A stretch of 34,081 nucleotides of DNA from Verrucomicrobiota bacterium (GTDB lineage: Bacteria > Verrucomicrobiota > Verrucomicrobiia > Limisphaerales > UBA11358). The DNA is taken from positions 1 to 34,081 of the forward strand of contig JBEKJN010000002.1 of assembly GCA_050011235.1 (NCBI GenBank), in the 5' to 3' direction. The translations under genes and the position numbers were made by a program. The notes beneath the pieces were generated by a model that was not told the origin of the DNA, did not search any database, and saw nothing but the letters and a program-made list of their open reading frames with translations. This document shows positions 1 to 8,579 of the stretch, piece by piece (the first letter of the stretch is position 1; each line of letters starts with the position of its first letter).

Positions 1-220
1 CGCTGCCAACCGTCCAGACAGTTCCGGCTTTGGGCAGTTGGTCGAGCGGCACCAACTGCAAGCCTTCCGCGTCCGCCATCACCTGTACAACAGAATCAGG
101 CTGCGCTTGGACAGGCGGCATCTGCATTTGCGCCTGCGAAATGAAAGTTGAATCGAAAAATATTCCCGCCGCCCAAACCAGCACCGCGCCGGCCACCGAC
201 ACCACCCGCATGGTTTTCAT
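1..220 (-). CDS. 5' part of an exported hypothetical protein (continues past the left edge)
   Basis: Hand translation of the minus strand from ATG (plus 'cat' 218-220) gives MKTMRVVSVAGAVLVWAAGIFFDSTFISQAQMQMPPVQAQPDSVVQVMADAEGLQLVPLDQLPKAGTVWTVGS. It is open to the window edge and has a signal-peptide-like hydrophobic N-terminus. It is absent from the ORF track because it is edge-truncated. No family recognised. Confidence 0.4.
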   Translation of the reverse strand, partial: MKTMRVVSVAGAVLVWAAGIFFDSTFISQAQMQMPPVQAQPDSVVQVMADAEGLQLVPLDQLPKAGTVWTVGS

Positions 221-659
221 TTTGATTCCCTTTCACGCAACCCCGTCCCTCAACACAGAGGGCGTGATTACTCACGCTCCAATACAGGCACTGGTATGCC
301 TTCACAAGAACGCTTTCGGCACGCCCAGCGCGTGCGTGCTTCGAGCTGTCTTGTGAGTAAAATTACCAGTTTCGTATTGAACAGCAGCCGAAGCCGTAAA
401 TTGTCTTTGTTGTTTTAGATTTCTACATTCGTTTTGGAACGACTCGTGTGACGATGCGGTTCTAGGTTCTTCACCGGAAATTGCCAAGAATTATTTCAGA
501 AATTTTCTACACGTCCTTTGTCATCGCGAAAAGAAAAAAATGTTAGTACCAAGCATTTTGCCAAAGTTCGGCAAGGGCTACTTATTCCGAAAATGCTGCA
601 GTCAGGTTTTTGGAACGCGATTTGAGGTTGCCACCACGGGAAACGGCTCCTGCCAGCTT

Positions 660-2345
660 TCATGTCAGCGCAAGTTTGAGGGCGAAAACGTCGTCGCACG
701 GTTTTGTCGCGGGCAGCTTCACGCGCAAGCCGTCGGCATCTTGCGTCCAGGCAATTTTCTCCTTCGAGCCGAGCAATTTGAGGGAGCGAATTTTCTGGCC
801 GGGCAGCGCCGGCTGGTCCGCCGCGCCCCGACCGAGGCTGCGGATGACCAATTTTCCGTCTTCCGGCCAGCCGAGGACCCAAGTATAGAGCGCGCCGTGC
901 CTGGTCGTGAAACGGATGTCGGCTGCGCCGAACTTAACGTTGTTTTCGTTGAACATGCCGCTGCGCACTTGGGTCGGGCCTTCGCCGTAAATTTTCCAAG
1001 GGCGGCTGCCGAAAATGCCTTCGCCATTCACGTCCATCCATTTCGCCATGCGGTCGAGAAACGCGGCTTCGTCGGCGTCAATCGTGCCGTCGCCGCGCAG
1101 GGGAACGCTGAGGAGCAGGTTGCCGTTTTTGCTGACGATGTCCACGAGCATCCGCAAGACCTGGCCGGCCGTTTTGTACCGGTGTTGCTCGAAAAGGCTG
1201 CGGTTGTAATGCCAGTCACCGATGCAGGTGTCGGTCTGCCAGGGCGCCGGCTGAATATCGCTGACGAAACCGCGTTCGTGGTCTTCGACCAATGCCGGAC
1301 GGCGCGCGGCGTTGAGTCCTTTGAGGTTGATGACCCCTTCAAGCCGGCCACCGTGGCAGGCGAGGTTGGCATTGTAATAATGCGCGGCGATGTCGAGGCC
1401 GGCCTGGCCCAAGGGAAGCTGCCCCATGTTGTCGAAATAAATCAGGTCGGGATGATACGTGTCCACGAGATCCTGGCAGCGGAGGAACCAACGCCTGACA
1501 AAATCCGGATTGTCCGGCGGCGGTTTTTCAGTCCAAACGCGGTCATGCCGGCTGTGCCATTGCTGAACCGCCTGAATGCCGCGGATGCCGTCCGGGATGA
1601 CCATGTTCGGGCCGGTGTAAAGTTCCTGCGGGTCGAGTCCCTCCCACCATTTGCCCTTGCCGTCGGCCGGGGTGAGCCGATAGGCGTCGTAGCGCACGCC
1701 GGCCAGCGGGCCTTCGCCGTCGTAACCGTAGGCGACTTGAAACCAGTGCTACGAATGCGCGGAATGATTGCTCACGCCGAAACGCAGGCCGTGCCCGCGC
1801 GCCACCTTCGCCCAGGCGCTGATGATGTCCTGCTTCGGCCCGACGTTGACCGAATTCCAAGCGTGGTATTTTGAATTGTAGGTGTCGAAATTGTCGTGAT
1901 GATTCGCGAGCGCGACGAAGTATTTTGCCCCGGCGCGGACGTAGAGCCGCATCAAATTTTCCGGGTCCCAATTTTCGGCGCGCCAGAGGTTGTCAATTTC
2001 CATGAAACCGGACTGCGACGGATGGCCGTAGTGTGCGACGTGGTGGTCGTAGGCCTTATCGCCCTGAAGATACATCCGGCGTGCATACCAATCGCCCTGT
2101 TCCGGCACGCATTGGGCCGACCAATGCGCCCAGATGCCAAACTTCGCGTCGCGGAACCAAGCGGGACACTCGTAGTTTTTGACCAGTGAATCCCAATCCG
2201 GCTGGAACGGGCCGGTAATTTCCCCGGCGGCGCTTTTTTTGCGGCAAACGCTCGCACAGGATTGGAGCAGCGGTGCGGCCATGACGGCACTTGCGGCGAG
2301 GGCGGATTGCTTGATGAATTTACGGCGGGATAATGCCGTTTTCAT
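660..2345 (-). pseudogene. GH29 alpha-L-fucosidase with Tat signal, interrupted by one in-frame TAG (1749-1751)
   Basis: Track ORFs 1749..2456 and 660..1697 are in the same frame and are separated only by TAG. The N-terminal part has a twin-arginine signal (MKTALSRRKFIKQSALAASAVMA, ATG at 2343-2345) and GH29-type motifs (FGIWAHWSAQCVPEQGDWYARRMY, YFVALANHHDNFDTYNS). The C-terminal part continues as ...HWFQVAYGYDGEGPLAGVRYDAY...DLIYFDN...WQTDTCIGDWHY... The terminal stop is TGA at 660-662. Confidence 0.8.
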
Positions 2346-2376
2346 AATTGTATTTTTGTCACGTTCCGGGTGCGCT

Positions 2377-4761
2377 TTATTTTTGAGGTTTTCCGACCGG
2401 CACCGCCACTGTTTCCCCGGCATATTTGACAATCGCATCGGCGCGCTCCGTTTCATCGCCGCCTACGCCGTGGTTTTCATCCACGAACACCACGCGGAAA
2501 GTCCGCTCCTTCAACATTCCCGGAAATTGTCCATTGCGCGCGCCGATGGTCAGCGTCCCGCTTGATTCATTCCAAGTCAGTGGAATGGTTGCGAATGCGC
2601 CCTTCTCGTAATTGTAACCGTCGCCTTGATCTTCATACAATGTGAACGTCCCGTCAGCGCCGCGATACACACGCAGCTCAATCGGGTCGGCCGGTTTCTC
2701 GGAAACATATTGCACGACCGGGCCGAGCGGCAAAATGCTTCCCGCGCGGACAAACAAAGGTATCGTTTCAATCGGCGACGCGGCTTCAATGCGCTGTCCG
2801 CCAGCCATCCGCCTTCCAGTCCAGAAATCATACCATTCGCAATTAGCGGGCAAATAGACACTGCGAGTGACGGCATTTGACCGCGTCACCGGACTCACCA
2901 TGATTTCCGGGCCGAACAAAAATTGATCACCCACGTCGAGCGCGTTTGTATCGCCGCCAAAATCCATCATCAACGGGCGCAGCATCGTTCCGCCATCGCT
3001 CGTCACCTGCCACGACACGGAATAAATATACGGCAGCAGGCGGTAACGCAGTTGGATATACTTTTTTAGAATTTCCTGCGTCGGCTCATCCCATTGCCAC
3101 AGTTCCTTGCCGCCGCCGGTGCCGTGCACGCGGAACATGGGGCAAAATGCGCCGAATTGAAACCATCGTGTGAATTCCTCCTGATACATTTTGTTCTTGG
3201 GGTTGGCACCGGGATAACCCGTCGCTCCCATGCCGAAGAATCCGCCGATGTCCGTGTTCCAATAGGGAATTCCGCTGATGGAAAAATTCAGACCGGCGGC
3301 AATTTGTTTCGCAAATACATCCCAATTTCCGTGAATATCGCCCGACCAGGTAATTGCGGAATTTCGCTGTTGTCCCGCGTAAGCCGAGCGTGTGAGGATG
3401 ACGACGCGCTTTTTGTCCGTCTGCGCGCGTTGTCCCTGAAAAATCCCCGTGGTGTGCATGAGCGGATAGGCGTTGAAGACTTCCGCACCCGGTCCGTCCG
3501 CGGTTTGGAACGCGCGAAACTCGCCCCATTTGCCGCTGAATTCCGCCTCCGACGCGTCGAGCCACCAGCCGTCGAAGCCGAGGTTGAACAAATTTTTTGA
3601 AACCTGCGCCCAATAAATTTTACGTCCGTTCGCGTTGAACGGGTCATACCATTTCTGTTGTCCCTTTGGAAAAGCACTCGGCAGCACGGACGGATACAAT
3701 ACGCCGGCTTTTTCCAACTCATTGAAATTTTCAGTTCCCAAATCAAACTTTGGCCAGATTGAAATGAGAACGTGCGCGTTCATCCTATGCAAATCGTCCA
3801 CCATTTCGGCCGGATTCGCATAACGCGCCGGGTCAAATGCGTGCGAACCCCAACCACCATTCGTCCAGTATTGCCAGTCCTGGATAATGCCGTCGAGCGG
3901 CACGCCGAGTTTGCGGTATTCCGCTACGACGTTCGTCATCTCCGCCTGCGTTTGATAACGCTCCTTGCACTGCCAGAATCCCCAAAGCCACTCCGGCATC
4001 AGCGGCACCGTGCCAGTCAACTCGCGATAGTCGCGAATCACGCCGTCCGCCGACGGCCCGAACATGAAATAATAATCCACCGCGTTCCCGGCTTCGGAGG
4101 TCCACGACAAAACTCCCGCGTCAGTCTCCCCCACATCCACGTCCGTCACCGCAGGATTGTCCCACAAAATGCCGTAACCCTTGCTCGACACCAGCACCGG
4201 CAGGCCGACCTCCATGTTGCGCTGCTGCAAATGCACCCTCGTCCCCCGATAATTCCACACGCCCGCTTGGTGCTGGCCCAAGCCATAAATCCGTTCATCC
4301 GGCGGGAGGATGAATTTTTGCCGCACGCTCGTGCTGTTGAAATTGGTCACGGTCGTTGGCGCAGACGCGCGGCCATTTTCCGCCTCCTGCAAAATTGGTT
4401 TGCCGGTCAAATCAAAAAATCCCACCACGCCGGTCTGCTTGTCCAAACGCGCGCGGACGCCCGGCGTTTCCAAAACTACTTCATCCGGCGTTTCGCTGAA
4501 CTGCCATTTCGTCTTCGCGGGTTTGGCGATCACGCTGAAACTCTTTATCACCGGGAGTTTGTTTCCCGGCGCGAATGTCACACGAATGATCCGGTCTGAC
4601 CACACTTGCAACCGCAGCGTGCCGGATGGCGTCGTCAACAAAATGCCGTCACCCTGCTTTTGAACCTTTATGGCCGAGTCCGCTGCGGCGGATGTGGAGA
4701 CGTTTGCAGCGAGGAGAATCGCGCCAAACAGCGGCAGGAATTTTTGAAGAGTTGTTCGCAT
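2377..4761 (-). CDS. GH31 alpha-glucosidase/alpha-xylosidase, secreted
   Basis: 794 aa with signal peptide MRTTLQKFLPLFGAILLAANVSTSAAA. GH31 nucleophile region GFDGWWLDASEAE and acid/base region ITWSGDIHGNW..GIPYWNTDIGGFF. The start is 3 nt after the GH3 stop and the stop is 31 nt before the GH29 start. Confidence 0.9.
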   Translation of the reverse strand: MRTTLQKFLPLFGAILLAANVSTSAAADSAIKVQKQGDGILLTTPSGTLRLQVWSDRIIRVTFAPGNKLPVIKSFSVIAKPAKTKWQFSETPDEVVLETPGVRARLDKQTGVVGFFDLTGKPILQEAENGRASAPTTVTNFNSTSVRQKFILPPDERIYGLGQHQAGVWNYRGTRVHLQQRNMEVGLPVLVSSKGYGILWDNPAVTDVDVGETDAGVLSWTSEAGNAVDYYFMFGPSADGVIRDYRELTGTVPLMPEWLWGFWQCKERYQTQAEMTNVVAEYRKLGVPLDGIIQDWQYWTNGGWGSHAFDPARYANPAEMVDDLHRMNAHVLISIWPKFDLGTENFNELEKAGVLYPSVLPSAFPKGQQKWYDPFNANGRKIYWAQVSKNLFNLGFDGWWLDASEAEFSGKWGEFRAFQTADGPGAEVFNAYPLMHTTGIFQGQRAQTDKKRVVILTRSAYAGQQRNSAITWSGDIHGNWDVFAKQIAAGLNFSISGIPYWNTDIGGFFGMGATGYPGANPKNKMYQEEFTRWFQFGAFCPMFRVHGTGGGKELWQWDEPTQEILKKYIQLRYRLLPYIYSVSWQVTSDGGTMLRPLMMDFGGDTNALDVGDQFLFGPEIMVSPVTRSNAVTRSVYLPANCEWYDFWTGRRMAGGQRIEAASPIETIPLFVRAGSILPLGPVVQYVSEKPADPIELRVYRGADGTFTLYEDQGDGYNYEKGAFATIPLTWNESSGTLTIGARNGQFPGMLKERTFRVVFVDENHGVGGDETERADAIVKYAGETVAVPVGKPQK

Positions 4762-4764
4762 GGT

Positions 4765-7500
4765 TCAATTCAAGCTGACAATTTTCAGCGGCGCATGCAA
4801 ACGAATGTCGTCGGACGCCGCGCCCACGAGCAGTTCATAACCGCCCGGTTCGACGGCATATTGTTTTTTGGCCGTGTCCCAGTAACGGAGCCGTTCCACC
4901 GGGATGTTCACGGTCACGTTCACCCGCTGACGCTGCTCCAGATGGACGCGCGCAAAGCCGCAGAGGGCGAGCTTCGGTTGCGGCAGCGCGGAATGCACAT
5001 GCCGGAAGTACACCTGCGCCACTTCGTCGCCGGCGCGCGCGCCGGTATTTTTCAGGGTGAACGAAACTTTCACCGTGCCGGCGGGACTGTAAAACGGCTC
5101 GTCCAGGCCCGGGTTGCTGTAATCAAACTTCGTGTAGCTCAAGCCGTGGCCGAAAGCGAACAGGGGCTGGCCGTTGAAGTAACGATAAGTGCGATTGCTC
5201 ATCGAGTAATCGTCAAACGCCGGCAGGTCGTCGGTGGAACGGTAAAAAGTGACCGGCAAGCGCCCGCCGGGATTCACATCACCGAAAAGCACCTCGGCCA
5301 CGGCGCGTCCGCCCTCTGCTCCCGGATACCAGGCCTGCAAAATGGCCGGCAGGTTGGTGGCTTCCCACGGGATGGCCATGGCACTGCCGCTGCAATTGAC
5401 GAACACAATCGGCTTGCCGGTTGTTTTCAACATCTTCAGCAGGTTCTCCTGCACGGGCGGCAATTCGATGCGCGTGCGGTCGCCACCGCTGAAACCGTCG
5501 TAATGCACGGGCATTTCCTCGCCTTCGAGCTGCGAGTTGATGCCGCCGACGTAAACGACCACGTCCGCCGCATCTGCGGTTTCGATGGCCTTGGTCAACA
5601 TCTCGGCATCCGGCTGGTCCGAACTGTTCCACATCGTCAGCGGACAACCCATCTCGCAGGTCACCTCGATGTTTGTGCCGGCAACGCTCTGGATGCCATC
5701 CAGAATCGTCACCGGGTTCGCCGGCTGGCCGTTGTAATTGCCGAGCAGCATCGGCACCGAACGCGCGTTCGGACCAATGACGGCGATGCGCTTTATTTTC
5801 GCGCGGTCAAGCGGCAACAATCCGTCATTTTTCAACAGGACCATGGATTCGCGCGCGACTTTGAGTGCCAGCGCTTCGTGCTCGGGAGAATTGTTTTCAG
5901 AAAATGGAATCTGCGCGTAGGGCACCAGGGACGGCGGATCAAACAGGCCAAGCTGGAAGCGCGCCTTGAGCACGTAGCCGAGCGCGACGTCTATTTCCGC
6001 CTCGGAAATCAGCCCCTCTTTTACCGCGCGCGTCAGGCTGTTGTAATCCGTGCCGCAGCAAAGGTCGTCACCCGCCTTCACCGCATCCGCCGCGGCTTCC
6101 TCCGGGGTTCTGGCAAACCGGTGGTTGCCATAGATGTCGTAAATTGCGCCACAATCCGAGACGACGTGGCCGTCAAAACCCCATTGGTTGCGGAGCAGTT
6201 CGGTGAGCAAAAGCGGGTTCGCGCAGGCGGGTTTGCCGTAAACGGAATTGTAGGCGCCCATGACCGCGCCGACGTGGCCTTCCCGCACGGCGGCCTCGAA
6301 ATGCGGCAGATACGTTTCGTAAAAATCCCGTTCCGACGGCTCGGCGTCGAAACGATGGCGTTCGGGTTCCGGGCCGCTGTGCACGGCATAATGTTTGGCG
6401 CAGGCCATGGCCTTGATGTATTTCGGATCGTCACCCTGCAAACCCTGAATGAAAGCCACCCCGAGTCGTGAGGTCAGGAAGGTGTCTTCGCCGTAGGTTT
6501 CCTGGCCGCGGCCCCAGCGCGGGTCGCGAAAGATGTTGATGTTCGGCGTCCAGAACGTGAGGCCGTGATACTGGGCGCTGTCGCCATTATGCCGCTCGCG
6601 GTAACGGTTGTTCTTGGCGCGCGCTTCGGTGGCAATGACATCCGCCTCCTGATGAATCAACGGCGTGTCCCAGGTGGCTGCCATGCCGATGGCCTGGGGA
6701 AAAACGGTCGCCACGCCCGCGCGCGCGACGCCGTGCAGACATTCATTCCAGTAATTGTATGCGGGAACGCCCAGCCGCGGAATCGCCGGGGCGGCATTGC
6801 GCATCTGCTGCACCTTTTCCGCGAGCGACATCCGGCGCACGAGGTCCTTGACGCGGGCGTCCATCGGCTGTGACGGGTCCTTCCAGATTTCCGGCCCCTC
6901 GACGACCGGCTGTTTCAACGCGGCCGTGTCTTCAACGTTGATCATGTCCGCCACGCGCAAGTAAATGAGGGATTGTCCCGAATCATCCTTGAGTTCAAAC
7001 GAGTTTAACTTGGCCGGGCCGGTGCGGCCCATGAACGCGAAGGTGAGCGGCCCGTGCAACGCGTCATCCGCGTGGTCAACCTGGTTGGTGAGCAGGAGAA
7101 CTTTTCCCGCGCTGCCGGCGATGGCGAAAATGTCGAGATTACTGGCGAGCACCTGGTCGCCGCAGGTGATGTCGAACACACGCTGGCCGGCGTTGGTGAA
7201 ATCCACCTCCACCAGGCCGATGACCACGCCGTATATGCCCGCGGGCAGACCGGACACGGACAGGGTGAAGTTCGTCCCGTAAATTTCCTCGCGGAAGGCC
7301 TCCTCGCCCCGCCACGTCGCGCCTTCAATCGTCGTCACCCCCCATGCCCGCCGGTGGCTGAATTCGCCGCTGATGAGGACTTTTTTGTCGCAGGCGACGC
7401 AAACTTCGTCATCGCCGAACACGGCAGAAGTTGAAAACCAGCCGCCGAGGACGACGATCAAACAGAAAATTTTCAGGCGCATGGGTTTTTTATATGGCAT
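4765..7500 (-). CDS. GH3 beta-glucosidase/beta-xylosidase with an N-terminal malectin-like carbohydrate-binding module
   Basis: 911 aa. The signal peptide is followed by about 145 aa resembling malectin/CBM57 (GIYGVVIGLVEVDFTNAGQRVFDITCGDQVLASNLDIFAIAG). The GH3 core follows (LSLAEKVQQM, YNYWNECLHGV, KHYAVHSGPE, nucleophile context GHVVSDCGAI) with a C-terminal Fn3-like end (FGHGLSYTKFDYS). Alternative start ATG at 7482. Confidence 0.9.
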   Translation of the reverse strand: MPYKKPMRLKIFCLIVVLGGWFSTSAVFGDDEVCVACDKKVLISGEFSHRRAWGVTTIEGATWRGEEAFREEIYGTNFTLSVSGLPAGIYGVVIGLVEVDFTNAGQRVFDITCGDQVLASNLDIFAIAGSAGKVLLLTNQVDHADDALHGPLTFAFMGRTGPAKLNSFELKDDSGQSLIYLRVADMINVEDTAALKQPVVEGPEIWKDPSQPMDARVKDLVRRMSLAEKVQQMRNAAPAIPRLGVPAYNYWNECLHGVARAGVATVFPQAIGMAATWDTPLIHQEADVIATEARAKNNRYRERHNGDSAQYHGLTFWTPNINIFRDPRWGRGQETYGEDTFLTSRLGVAFIQGLQGDDPKYIKAMACAKHYAVHSGPEPERHRFDAEPSERDFYETYLPHFEAAVREGHVGAVMGAYNSVYGKPACANPLLLTELLRNQWGFDGHVVSDCGAIYDIYGNHRFARTPEEAAADAVKAGDDLCCGTDYNSLTRAVKEGLISEAEIDVALGYVLKARFQLGLFDPPSLVPYAQIPFSENNSPEHEALALKVARESMVLLKNDGLLPLDRAKIKRIAVIGPNARSVPMLLGNYNGQPANPVTILDGIQSVAGTNIEVTCEMGCPLTMWNSSDQPDAEMLTKAIETADAADVVVYVGGINSQLEGEEMPVHYDGFSGGDRTRIELPPVQENLLKMLKTTGKPIVFVNCSGSAMAIPWEATNLPAILQAWYPGAEGGRAVAEVLFGDVNPGGRLPVTFYRSTDDLPAFDDYSMSNRTYRYFNGQPLFAFGHGLSYTKFDYSNPGLDEPFYSPAGTVKVSFTLKNTGARAGDEVAQVYFRHVHSALPQPKLALCGFARVHLEQRQRVNVTVNIPVERLRYWDTAKKQYAVEPGGYELLVGAASDDIRLHAPLKIVSLN

Positions 7501-7706
7501 GAAAGGCCACAGCGCGCAAGGCCGGGATTGAATGCGAATCGCCTAAAAATCACCTAACGGGAAAATTAGAGGGCGATTTGGACAAAATTGCATTGTTTTC
7601 TTCGTTGTTGGTTGAGTGATTTTTACAAGTCACTTGAGTTTTTTCAGGCGTGGGCTGCAACGCTTTCACGCTTTGCACCCCGGCAAAGTTTTGCTTTCAT
7701 CGTGTC

Positions 7707-8468
7707 ATGCCGAAACCGTCACTCACCGCCATTGTGAATTATTGCGACCGGATTTTGCGCACGAAAGCAGTCCAGGACCACGAGGGCGCCGCTAATGGGT
7801 TGCAGATGGCAAATCGCGGCGGGGTCACGCGCATCGCCGCGACGGTGGACGCGAGCCTCACCACGGTGAAGCTCGCCATCGCGGCCAGGGCGGACTTGAT
7901 GATCGTCCATCACGGATTATTCTGGTCGCCATCGCATCCGTGGACGGGCAAAAAATACGAACTGCTCCGGCTGCTCGTTGAAAACAAGCTGGCGGTTTAC
8001 AGTTCGCATCTGCCGCTGGACGCGCATCCCCGGCTCGGCAACAACGCGCGGCTTTGCGCCGCGCTCGGCTTGAAAAAGTGGAAGCCGTTTTTCTTCAGTC
8101 ACGGCCGGTTCATCGGATTTCAGGCGCGCCAGCAAATTCCGCGCGCGGATCTGGCCAGGCGATTGGAGCGCGCAACGGGTGCGAAGCCGCGAATCCTTCC
8201 CGGCGGCAAAAACGTTTGCGAAAAAATCGGCGTCGTGACCGGCGGTGCGGGCGGCGATTTGAAGCAGGCAGCTGAAGAAGGCGTGGACACATTTGTCACC
8301 GGCGAAGGTCCGCACTGGACTTATGCCCTGGCGGAGGAATTGGGCATCAACGTGCTATACGGCGGCCATTACGCGACAGAGACGTTCGGTGTGAAAGCCC
8401 TGGCGTCACATCTTTCCAGGAAATTCAAGTTGCCGTGGGAATTTCTCGACCACCCGACCGGACTATGA
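7707..8468 (+). CDS. NIF3-family (YbgI/GTP cyclohydrolase 1 type 2-like) dinuclear-metal protein
   Basis: MPKPSLTAIVNYCDRIL...RIAATVDASL...ADLMIVHHGLFW...VYSSHLPLDAHP...GGHYATE matches the NIF3/DUF34 pattern. The track ORF begins at GTG 7650, but ATG 7707 gives the canonical N-terminus. Confidence 0.85.
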   Translation: MPKPSLTAIVNYCDRILRTKAVQDHEGAANGLQMANRGGVTRIAATVDASLTTVKLAIAARADLMIVHHGLFWSPSHPWTGKKYELLRLLVENKLAVYSSHLPLDAHPRLGNNARLCAALGLKKWKPFFFSHGRFIGFQARQQIPRADLARRLERATGAKPRILPGGKNVCEKIGVVTGGAGGDLKQAAEEGVDTFVTGEGPHWTYALAEELGINVLYGGHYATETFGVKALASHLSRKFKLPWEFLDHPTGL

Positions 8469-8473
8469 GTATT

Positions 8474-8489
8474 TGGCACGGAATGTGCC
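8474..8489 (+). promoter_or_regulatory. sigma-54-like -24/-12 element, also a GGCAC-N5-GTGCC palindrome
   Basis: TGGCACGGAATGTGCC compared with consensus TGGCACG-N4-TTGCW has GG and GC at the canonical 10-nt spacing and one mismatch in the -12 box. It lies 6 nt after the NIF3 stop and about 90-110 nt upstream of the rSAM ORF. The same bases form a 5-bp hairpin, so a structural role is equally possible. Confidence 0.3.
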
Positions 8490-8544
8490 GACCACAGGCA
8501 ATGTTACGAATCAGCTACATTCAAACAAAAGATTCACAAAACTA

Positions 8545-8572
8545 CTTGACACGGTTTGCGAGTGAGATAGAA
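8545..8572 (+). promoter_or_regulatory. sigma-70-like promoter (TTGACA-16 nt-TAGAAT)
   Basis: TTGACA at 8545-8550, a 16-nt spacer, then TAGAAT at 8567-8572. The predicted TSS is about 8578-8580, at the first possible start codon of the rSAM ORF. Confidence 0.3.
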
Positions 8573-8579
8573 TTGCCCT

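Noticed and set aside
560-620. Inverted repeat GCATTTT...AAAATGC with inner TTGCC/GGCAA stem downstream of the GH29 stop, considered as a terminator
   Set aside because: The stems are short (5-7 bp), the spacer is long, and the T-run on the transcribed strand lies about 18 nt away. The support is too weak to annotate.
540-1874. 444-aa plus-strand ORF overlapping the GH29 gene
   Set aside because: It is the antisense shadow of a clearly recognisable GH29 coding sequence. Its composition is Arg/Ala/Gly/Val-rich, typical of out-of-frame high-GC translation, and it has no recognisable motifs.
4606-6471. 621-aa plus-strand ORF overlapping the GH3 gene
   Set aside because: It is antisense to a strongly supported GH3 gene and has the same Arg/Ala/His-rich shadow composition.
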